This document shows positions 50,001 to 61,941 of a stretch of 64,000 nucleotides of DNA, in pieces. The DNA lies in assembly GCF_006345805.1 (NCBI RefSeq), contig NC_043006.1:68262001-68326000 (forward strand). The letters are read 5' to 3'. The DNA is from Octopus sinensis. Its lineage: Eukaryota. Under the pieces are notes generated by a model, which searched no databases, had not been told where the DNA came from, and worked only from the letters and a program-made list of their open reading frames with translations. Within the stretch, counting starts at the first letter, position 1. Each line of letters opens with the position of its first letter. The position numbers were made by a program, and so were the translations under genes.

Positions 50001-53000
50001 TTAACAGATCAATGTGATTCCAATCATGTCCATCTCACCTATGACAACATTTTCTTTTAAAGTGGTGGGATGTGGTGAGTTAAGGTAGAATTGGCTGCTA
50101 TTTCTAACAGATTGAACTATCATGTAGATGTCCCTTCCTTGGCTTATCAAGTGTTAAATAATACATATATCCAACTAATTTAGGCAATTTATTTATCTCT
50201 GGACTTGTGCACCCTTAATATTTTTAAAACAGCCCCAAATGTCTGTTTAGCATTCTGTAACTTAAATTTCAATTAGGCAATTTTTTTTTTAATATTCTGG
50301 AAACTGAAGAATGCAGTAATGAAGAAGTTGATTTAAGATATTATATGGACCAACACGGACAGACAAACAGTTACACACTCATATACATTCAACATTTTAT
50401 ATATGTGTGTGCATGTGTGTTACTATAAGATCTTTGCCAATAAAAACAGATTAAGTAAATTCCATAACTCTAGTTACCAATCTTTTTTCTACAGAATTTA
50501 TTACGAAGTATGTCTAACTGTAATACACACGTTCTAAATGCCAGCAATACTACGATAGTCTATGTTAATATAAAGCGATAACAGTTGTACATCTGGCAAC
50601 AATATACATGTAATTATTTACAATGTTACCCCTCACTGTGTCAATAGTTGTAGATTATCAAGGTTGCCTCAACCATTCAGCAGTACAGCAACTACCTCTG
50701 CCCCCCCCTTCCCCACCACTACCATCACAGCAACAATTGATGAAGGTCAAATTGTTCAGATTACTTTTTGTTTTGGGTTTGTTCTTTAATATAAACAAAC
50801 TGTTAAGTGAAAGAAGCAAGGACAAGTGCAACATTCAAAAGAAGGTATTTCTTTTTTAATCAGAATATAGCCTGTATGTCAAACAAAAGCTACCTCCATG
50901 TTAAATAGTGTCCCTGTCCTTATGTCAACCACAAGGTGCCCCTGTATCAACCACAAGGTAACCCTGTGTCAACCACAAAGTGCCTTCTGCCAAATATTGT
51001 GTTTTATGCCAACATAAAGATGCTCTAAATCAGTGGTTCTCAACCTGGGTCTATTGGCCTGTGAGGGTCCTCAATGAAATAGTAAATTAGGGATCCAAAA
51101 TGATATTTTTAAGGACCCCTGAAAAAAATTTGCTTTAGATTATGTAATGGTATGCATTGCAAGAAACAGTTAGGCTTTTCTTTTACTCTCACAGTTTACA
51201 TAATTTAATCTACACAAATTAATGTGTGAAAAACAAAATGGGAATTTTGAAAGTAGTTTCTATAAAGCTAGTTTTTAAACATTGAATGGCTATGGGGTTC
51301 AACCAGAATAAAGTAGTAGTTAAAGGGGTCCATAAATAAAACATGGTTGAGAACCCCTGCCCTATCAACCTTATATAGACCATTAGGTGTACCTGTATAA
51401 AACACAAAGTAACTACATATCAACCCCCAAGGTACTCCTATATCAAAATCAAAGACCCCTGTGTCAGTCACCATGTCAATTCCAAGCTGAATGTGTCAAT
51501 ACAAAAATGGTCTTATGTCAAAAACAAACTCACCCTCAAGGTTCACCTCCCACCAGTAGAATTAACTCGATACTTGAAAGGACTTACCATTAGTTTTTCG
51601 TCGGCGAGTACTTGGGGAATGTGTCATTTTATGTCGAAAAGACAGCACTTGCAATTTCTTTGAACTTTTCACTGGCATCTGTGGGGAGCTTTTTACGTTA
51701 GGTACAGAGGTGGGTGTTGTTTCCTGTCAAAAACAAAATATTCAATAATTAATTGTAAAAGATTGTTAAGTCATTATAAATGATTTTATACTGATTAAAG
51801 TTTCTGTACGAAGCAGACTAGTCTCCTTCAAGAGTTCCAAAGATGTCCCCCCACCCAATCCATATCACATAGAAATAAAATATCAAATTAACGGTATGTA
51901 CACTCACTCACCCTCAATATATACTCTCACACACCATTAACATTGTATCAGGACAATTCCCCCCAATGACAACTAACCACCTTGGTTAATTACCTCATCT
52001 CTAATATATTAAGAAGTCTTAAAGGTGGCAAGCTGGCAGAAATGTTAGCACGCAGGGCAAAATGCTTAGCAGTATTTCGTCTGCCGCTATGTTCTGAGTT
52101 CAAATTCTGCTGAGGTTGACTTTGCCTTTCATCGTTTTGGGGTCGATAAATTAAGTACCAGTTATGCACTGGGATTGATGTAATCAATTTAATCCCTTTG
52201 TCTGTCCTTGTTTGTCCCCTCTATGTTTAGCCCCTTGTGTGCAGTAAAGAAATAAGAAGTCTTAAATCATCATCTGTTGTCCTCAGGGTAATTGTTTTTG
52301 GTGGGTGGGTGTTATTCATCGTGGGGGGGTAAATGTCCTAGACTCCTCCAACACAGACAACACACTGCAAATGCTAGAAACTGAAAATATTTACAGTATT
52401 TTCTGGCATACAAGTTGTGATTTTCAGACCAAAATTTACAGTTAAAAAAGGTAGGTTGACTTATACACCAAAACGATGTTGGAGGATGAGAAATTCCATG
52501 TGAAATGCAGCAAGATTCAAAAACATAGTGATGATGTTTCAATGTTTATATTATATACTATGTTGATTTGTATGTTGGACAATACAGTAATAAACATTTC
52601 CACCAGCCGACACATTCTTCATATTGTTAAGTGTTTATCGCAAGAACTGGGCTTCAGTCTATACACCACTATAACATACTTCAATATTCAACAACTCTTG
52701 ATTCCTTCGTATAATACCCTGACATAGTACATCTAGCAGCTATATGCACATACCACAAGGGTGTATCTGTTTCACCAATCTGGGACATCAAAACAACTTC
52801 AGATTTATCATTAAAATCATTAGGAAATGTATTAATGTCACAATATTCCTAAAAAGTTAATTACTAAAAGATAGACAATTCTGAAAAGTAAAATAATATA
52901 TACGGAAATAGAATGAAAGTGGTGATGTTATATTCCCTATATGTCTCTATACAATCTCTCAGGCTTCTCACTTCTAGGTTCTGATTCCAGCTTGGGAGCT

Positions 53001-53734
53001 TTCCCTCTAATTTTCCAACTGATTCAGCAATGATTAATGAGAAGTAGATCACTGTTATACAAAAGCTTTCACTGGCAGTCTTGTAATATTCACTATACAT
53101 ACATGCTACAAATTATATAGACATATATGCTTTGGCGGACTGGCCAGATTGCCAGCTTGCCTGATGGCAAGTGGGCCCCTGCACCATTAGAATCTATATT
53201 ATGGGGCCCAATATCTAAGAGGCCCATCTCCTCAAATTTGAGAATTTTTATTCACTCCTGGAAGAATGCATTCATTATTTCAGCTTGGCTGTGTTTGTAG
53301 ATAATTGAAAGGAATACTTTTAACAAAAAAAAATAAATAAAATAAATGATAGCATTGTAGTTGCAGGTGGGCCCCTTTAGTCTCCTTGGAACCAATATTT
53401 TTAGACCCAGTTTGCCACTGCATCATCATCATCATCGTTTAGCATGGGTTGGACGGTTCTACTGGGGTCTGTGAAGCCAGAAGGCTTCATCAGGTCCAGT
53501 CAAATCTGGCAGTGTTTCTACGGCTGGATGCCCTTCCTAATGCCAACCACTCCATGAGTGTAGTGGGTGCTTTTTACGTGCCACCCGCACAGGTGCCAGA
53601 CAGAGCTGGCAAACGGCCACGAACGGATGGTGCTTTTTATGTGCCACCGGCACGAGGGCCAGGCGAGGCTGGCAACGGACACGAACGAATGGTGCTTTTT
53701 ATGCTGCATATATGTATATATTATAGATATGTAA

Positions 53735-53775
<41 letters not shown>

Positions 53776-56700
53776 GGGACAAAGAAAGAGATATTTAGTT
53801 ATTCTTTTATTCTTTTAATTGTTTCAGTCATATGACTTGTGGCCATGCTGGAGCACCGCCTTTAGTCGAGCAAATTGATCCTAGAACTTATTCTTTGTAA
53901 GCCTAGTACTTATTCTATCGGTCTTTTGCCGAACTGCTAAGTTACGGGGACGTAAACACACCAGCATTGGTTGTCAAGCGATGTTGGGGGGACAAGCAGA
54001 CACACAAACACCCACATACATATATATACATATATATGACAGGCTTCTTTCAGTTTCCGTCTACCAAATCCACTCACAAGGCTTTAGTCGGCCCAAATAT
54101 ATATAATCATCATTTAATGCCCATTGTCCATGCTGGCATGGGTTGGATGGTTCGACTTGTACACTGGAAGGTTGCATCAAGCTCCAAACTGATTTTGCAT
54201 GGTTTTCTACAGCTGGATGCAATGCCAACCACTCCAAGAATGTAATGGGCGCTTTTATGTGCCACCGGCATGGGTGCCATTTATGTGGCACTGGTATCTG
54301 CTATGACTGCAATTTTGCTCAATTTGATGGATCTTCTTCTCAAGCATGACATAATGCCAAAAGTTTTGGTCATTGCCTCCATGAGGCCCAACACTCAGAA
54401 GGAACTCAGCTACCTCACCTCCATAAGGCCCAACATTCAAAAGGGATTTAGCTACTTTGCCTCCATGAGGCCCAATGCTCAGAAAGAACTCACCCACTTT
54501 GTCTCCTTCAGGCCATATATATATGGACTTCTTTCAGTTTCTGTTAACCAAATCAACCCACAAGGCTTTGGTTGGCTGGAGGCTAAAGCTGAAGACGTTT
54601 GCCCACGGTGCCATGCAGTGGGATTGAACCCAGAACCAAATGGTTGAGAAGCAAGCTTCTTACCACACACCCATGCCTGCACCAATCAACTGTATTTTTA
54701 TTTCATGGTGAATTAATGGGAAGTAATAGAATTATTTTTGGGGTTATATATTATGTGTAACACAATGAAATCTGCATACCCTTTGATACAAAGCAATGAT
54801 TAACTTGAAAAGCTGTGTACTTACATAATCTATTTCACTATCACTAGAGGATCTGAGGGCCTGAATCCAGGACCACATTGTTTCATAGTCCTCAGCCTGA
54901 AAGAGAAACTCTGACGTATGATTGTTGGTGGTCAGACGAAATACATTCTTCTTCTTGGTATAATCTGTGGCCACATCCACTGAAGAAGACTTTATAGACA
55001 CAGGCTGATCAAACTCAGAGTTCTGCAGAAAAATAAAAAAGACACAGGATGATCAATATTTGAAAGTTTCAGCAGAAAATTAAATAGAAAAATCACTTAA
55101 TATTTAAAGAAATATTTTGATTGTCTTTGGGAGATTGGGTTCTACAAGAATTTCAGTGTTTCAAAGGATTACCAATAGATCAGCACAGATAAAAGCTATT
55201 TAGAGTCCTCAAGAGATTAATCTTCAGTTGTTATCTCATATAATCTGGGACTATGGACTGGTCCCTTACTATGAGTGAACATAATTGAGAAACAACTACG
55301 CAAAATTATGTAAACAACATTACATTTTCAAAGAGACAATATTTCTATGAATTAATGGCTAAAAATTGGTGTTAATAGAGGCAATATCTTTCTGAATTTT
55401 TCCCCATTCTGTCCTTATTCTAACTACGATGTTTTTGTAACCCCCATTTTCAATTGCCAATCAGGTTTCCTTAGTACAGAAATCTTTAACTACTTTATGC
55501 AAGTTTTTTTTTTTTTTTTTGTGCAATGAGCACATTCCTTTCTTGGGTACTAAGTGCCAACTTCTGTGCATCTATTATATATGAAATGTTTCTCTGTTAG
55601 CCAAACCAGCAAATTTCAGAGTCACTGGAGTCATTGGAACATAGGATAGAATGCCTTATGGTACTTGCTCAAGTTTTGAGTTCAAATCCTACATGAGTTA
55701 ACTTTGCCTTTCATCCATTCAAGGCTGATAGACAATAAAACAGGACAATAGACTAGAAGAATTTTAGGAACATTGAGCAATATAACTCATGGTACCTAGT
55801 CCAGTTCTTTGTGTCATGTTCATAGACCAGTCTATATATGATTTCATGAGAAATCCTTTAGAAAGTTCCCAATTATATTTTTCTGGCTTATCACTACTCT
55901 CAATGTTGGCACACTAGGGAAGAAAGGGGGTCCAAAGAGAACTAAACATTAACGAAAGAATATACAGATTTTAATGTATCATCTATCATTTGCTTGTTTC
56001 AGCCATTGAACTGTGTCCATGCTGGGGTACCACCTTGAAAAATTTTAGTTGAATGAATCGACCTTGGTACTTCAGTGCTTTACTTTCTTTTATTTTAAAG
56101 CCTGTTATTTATCATACTGATCTCCTTTGCTGAACTGCTAAGTTAGGAGGTCACAAACAAACCAACATCAGTTGTCAAGTGGTGGTGACACACACAAACA
56201 CAGATACAATGTGCATCTTTCAGTTTCCATCTATCAAATCCACTCACAGGCTTTGGTTGGATGGCACTATAGTACAAGACACTTGGCTAAGGTACCATGC
56301 AGTGGGACAGACCCCAAAACTATGTGGTTGGGAAGCAAATTGGTTACCACACAGCCATAATAAGCACCAACTTGAGACAGGAAAGAATTGAAAGATTTCA
56401 ACCTTAATATTGATGATACTGCTCAGTGCTTGCTATTAGGGCAACTTTCACCTTGCTGAATGTTTCATTAGGAGGACAGCAGCTCTCTGTCCACTAAGAT
56501 GGTTCAGCATGTAGCTGGGCTGCCTCCTTATGTAAGTTGCAAATAAACTTCGAAATTTCGTTGATGTCATAAGAATTTCTATAAACTTCAAGAGAACATA
56601 AAATAATTCTCTTCTGGAATGTTAGATCTTGAAGCAGTTAAGCTATAAATAATAGCATGTAAATGATGGGTTAAAAATCCCTATACATGCTATAATTTAT

Positions 56701-57389
56701 TGCTTATCTCCTTCAAAATCCAACATTCCAAAAAAGAACCTTTGAAACAAAATAACACACTCTGTCTTGAGATGTGTGGGGCAGTTTTTGATTTGCAGAC
56801 ACCTTAGCTGTAAGACTAGGAATATCTGTATGTATGCATGTACAAATCATCATCATCATTTAACGTCCGCTTTCCATGCTAGCATGGGTTGGACGGTTCA
56901 ACTGGGGTCTGGGGAGCCCGAAAGCTGCACCAGTCCAGTCAGATCTGGCAGTGTTTCTACAGCTGGATGCCCTTCCTAACGCCAACCACTCCGAGAGTGT
57001 AGTGGGTGATTTTATGTGCCACCGACACAGGTGCCAGACGAGGCTGACAAACGGCCACGCTCGGATGGTGTTTTTTATGTGCTACCGACACAGGTGCCAG
57101 ACGAGGGCCACGCTCGGATGGTGTTTTTTATGTGCCACCGACACAGGTGCCAGACGAGGCTGGCAGACGGCCACGCTCGGATGGTGTTTTTATGTGCCAC
57201 CGACACAGGTGCCAGACGAGGCTGGCAGACGGCCACGCTCGGATGGTGTTTTTATGTGCCACCGACACAGTGCCAGAAATAAAGCTATTATGAATGTGTG
57301 TGTGTGTGTGTGTATGTATATATCTATATATATATATTATATATATATATATACACACACCCACACACATATCTACATATGGTGTGGGG

Positions 57390-57431
<42 letters not shown>

Positions 57432-60400
57432 TATATATATATACATACACACACACACACACACATTCATAATAGCTTTATTTAAGCTTTAACCAATGAG
57501 AGGTTAGTTGATGTTTTACATAATGTCTACTTTGAATAATCTCTTTATTTTCTTATAAACAAAATTATTACACCCAAACATATCTCTGGCTACATAGGGT
57601 GGGAGACTCTAGAATGCTACCAGGTTTTCTTGACTCCACACACCAAACAGAAACCAAGATGTAAAAGTCAATCGTAAGAGAATCATTCTTCGTCAAATAT
57701 TCTTTTGAATAAGAAACCATTATCTTTGATATGTAAGGAAAAAGCTTTAGCTTTAGAGACCAAACAGCTGAATGGCCTGGTGTGTCACAAATATTGTATT
57801 ATAGAAATGAAGGACTTTGGTGGTGTTGTGTGAAATTAGTGATATGAGAGGTCAGAGATGAAAGAGAAAAACTCACAACTGAATTATTGTCCTTGCGTTT
57901 GTCACTGAGATAGAGTTCTTGGCCTTTCAGCAGCACCAAACATGGTTTCCAGGAGCGATCACTAGACCTCTGTAGAGAGACAGAGAGAGATAAGTAGGTA
58001 GAGATAGATGTAGTTAAATAGAGAAGCAGATATAGATAGGTAGAAACATATAGATATATAGAAACATATAGATAGATAAATAGTCAGACAGACAAATAAA
58101 TAGATAGATATACATAAAAAGAGATAAATAGACACATATAAACAAAGAGACAGAGATAGAAAGATAGACAGATTACATCCAGTACTCTTTTACTCTTTTA
58201 CTTGTTTCAGTCATTTGACTGCGACCATGCTGGAGCACCGCCTTTAGTTGAGCAAATCGACCCCAGGACTTATATTTTTTGTAAGCCCAGTACTTATTCT
58301 ATCTGTCTCTTTTGCCGAACCGCTAAGTTACAGGGACATAAACACACAACCATCGGTTGTCCAGTGATATTGTGGGGACAAACACAGACACACAAACATA
58401 TACATATGTACATATATACAACAGGCTTCTTTCAGTTTCTGTCTACCAAATCCACTCACAAGGCTTTGGTCAGACCGAGGCTATAGTAGAAGACACTTGC
58501 CCAAGGTGCCACACATTGGGACTGAACCCAGAACCATGTGGTTGGTAAGCAAGCTACTTGCCACACAGCCACTCCTGTGTCTATTTATGTTTTCTTAGTT
58601 ATATATCATTATTGCACATGTAAGTATAAATACATAGACCCATATGTTGATTTAGAGGTAAAGATACATACATCCACACACAGAGTCTCCTCCACATATA
58701 TAAACACACATGTAACTAATCCTTTTTAACAGTTGGGTGCACACCCACATACATAAATACAAACAACAACACAAATATATGTGCACACGCAGCTAAGATA
58801 ATAGCTTTATTTAGCAAGAAAGAATACAGACAGCTACTGCCATCTGGGAACTACTCATTCTTGATATGCATAAAAAGACTAAGCAGGAACTCTACACAGT
58901 GTCCTCAGTGTGGGCAGAAAAGCTATAGTAGAATCACGGGCAGACTGACAGAGAAGAGGGACTTTCTATGTAGCAGCTACTGCATAGGGGTGGTTAACAG
59001 TTAAAATAACATGGAATAAATTACTTTAACTACCCTGGGAGTCTGGATGGTAGATAATTTTTTTTTTTTACTTTGATGACTATCAACAATGAAAGTAAGC
59101 ATTCCAAAATCATTGTGAGAACATCCTCATCATCATTGTTTAACATTGGTTTTTCCATGCTGGTATGGGTTGGATGACTTGACAGGAGCTGGCCAACTCA
59201 GGAGCTGTCCAGACTCCAGTTGTATGTTTTGGCATGGTTTCTACAGCTGGATACCCTTCCTAACAACAACCACTTTGCAGAGAGTGCTGGGTGTTTTTAA
59301 TGTAGGACTGGCATGGGTGCAATGACACAGTACTGGCATGAATGCATCACATGTGGCACTGGCACGAGTGCATTTTATGTGTGGACAAATTTCATGCAGC
59401 TGCTAACAAAAGGGGTTCTTTCTATAACTGAAGAAAAATTGAAGGAGGTTTCTGTATGACATGTGGTACTGCACTGCAACAAAATATGCTATTGGATGTG
59501 GTGGATAATGTGCATGAATGGAAAAGGGCAGGTAGTCTAAAAACACTGCAACAATTATGTGCAGGTAAAGATGACTGACCCTGAGTCTTTTGTACAAACT
59601 TGTCTGCTTTTTAGGATTAACTGACCCATGTTTGACTACCACTGGTATAGAATCCTGCTCTATTTTGTATTTGTGTATTTTGTCCAGATCTACTCAATCA
59701 GAACTGAGTAGGATATACACAACAATAAATCAACACCAGTTAAGTCAATATTTCTTGATTTGTTCAATGCAATAGCCAAATACTCTTCAACACACTGCAT
59801 TATAGCCAGAAATACTGATCAATATTTCACTGGCACCACTGAATCAGTTGGGTTGATCCAAAAGTGTTTTAGCAAGATATGGAGGCAAGAAAAGATTTTA
59901 TGCTTAGAATTCTTTAACACCACCCTCATTACTGTTGATGTTGGTTGGGATATCTATAGATGTCTGGTTAATGTTACATTTGTTGTGTTTCCGTCCTGTG
60001 CGTCCCTATCAGACAGTCATAACCTGCCTTCCAACATTTTATGCAAGTACTCTCAAATGTTGACCTACTACTAATAACTTCACAAACTCAGAGCATCAGC
60101 TTATAATACTTCAACATATAACAGTCACTCACATCACATGACAACATGTCACTACATCAATTGGCTATAATGCACACATCACATGACCACACAACAACAC
60201 CAGTCATCTCTCTTGTATTAAAAAAAAAAGTGACAAAGTCTCAACTGACCTTTCCATCAATGATGGCATTCTTGCAGGATAAACATCCTTCTTTCTTTGC
60301 TTCTTTCGGTGGACTAGACGATTGCGATGGGGTGAAGTCACTTCTGCTTGGTTCTTCTGCTATTGAGGAATTAGTCTAAAACAAAAAAGGGGAAAAAACC

Positions 60401-61901
60401 CATTCAGATTACTTTTGATTTAGCCACAGAATAGTTTTAATGATATCACATTAACTCCTCTTTTAATGAGGGTTAAAAGGGAAAGTGAAGGAGACAGAGG
60501 CAAGGAGAGAGGAGATGAAGGAGAGAACCAAAACAATTGCTGCAGTTATATCTTTAATGAGCAGAGTTTAAGTGAAGGGTACTCAGTAAAAACAAAATCT
60601 GAGAATAGCTTAAAAGTCACCAGTATATCTTATTAATAGATAATCACACAGAAGGTTCTCAAGTCACCAGTCATCAGTTACTAAGAGCATGAATAAAGGA
60701 AGTTTTCTAACAAAGAGATAGATGAGTGAAGCCTGAGTGAAGGCTATCTCTTAAGAAGACAGATTATTAGAGACTTAGTGTAGTCTGACAATAGTTTGAA
60801 TGAAGTTTGCTTTTTGAGTGCAGGCATGACTATGTGACTATGGTTTTGGGTCTGATTGTGTAGCCTCACATAAACCAAGATCTAGTGAGTGAAATTTGTG
60901 AGGCAAAAACTGTGAAGTCTATCATAAGGGCCATTCCCACTTGGGGGTCTTAAATTGAATCCCTTGCGTAGTTTAATACCACTAAACTGGCTTCTGACTG
61001 CCTTCAGTGGAGTCCAGTCTACTGCAAACACTTGTGTCAGCCTGAGGGTAATGCCCTTTCTTTTCTTACTCCTACCATTCATGGAAGCACTGAAAAGGGT
61101 CGTGGGTGCACTCCTTCCTCCTCTGATTAAACCACAAAAATGATTTCAATCCTGGATAGCAATTCACATTTCTCTCTATATTAGATAGGAGTGGGGAAAA
61201 CAGATATTTCTGCTTAAATTACTTTACCTAAAATTAATGAGTAATTAATTAGTACGATCACATCTTTGTTTACAATGAAGAGGGCATAAACAAAACTTAC
61301 TTTTTCCTCAATTAGAATGGAAGACTTTAATTTCTTGGACTGAACTGTTTGTGAGGAACTGTCATAAATAGGTAAGGATCTGCAAAAGACAAAGGTAAAA
61401 ACTTTATACAAGGAATATAGTAACTTTCATGATGAATATTAATATCATTGAGGCATAGCTTTGTGATTAAGAAATTCGTTTTGTAACCATGTGGTCCTGG
61501 GTTTCATCTAATTGTGTGGTACCTGAGGTGTCTTCTACCATGGCCTTCAGGAAAATCTAAAACTGGAAATCTGTTTTCATATATATATATGAGAAGAAAA
61601 TGGATGTAATAATAAGGGGAAACTCATGGTTTTCGCTCGTATGCCTTTAATTTAATTAGATAATTGTTATCTAATTAAATTAAAGGCATATTAGTGAAAA
61701 CCACAAGTTTCCCATTGTTATTACATCCATTTTCTTCTCCTATATAACCTAAACTACAGTCTGCCAACCAAACCACCTGCTACCGTACAACTTTACAAAA
61801 GACTGTACCTAACCAGGTAATAACCAGGAGCGACTTTGGATTTAATTATCCCTTAGAGGTATTAAACCCCTCTAACTGATACCTACACTGCACTGTGTAT
61901 G

Positions 61902-61941
<40 letters not shown>

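Noticed and set aside
52864-53100. Additional ARHGAP exon
   Set aside because: No RhoGAP-family similarity and no clear splice sites; the flanking exons join in frame without it.
57016-57492. Several 60-200 aa ORFs here and at other (TA)n/(CA)n tracts
   Set aside because: They arise from stop-free microsatellite and minisatellite sequence (YIYI/CVCV runs).
57877-57880. Tandem alternative 5' splice site (GTT GTGAGT) adding or removing one Val
   Set aside because: The upstream GT is a poor donor; there is no evidence without RNA-seq.
60882-61120. Additional ARHGAP exon in ORF 60882-61082
   Set aside because: No donor site gives a phase-compatible exon, and the 79-bp exon at 61301-61379 already bridges the phases.
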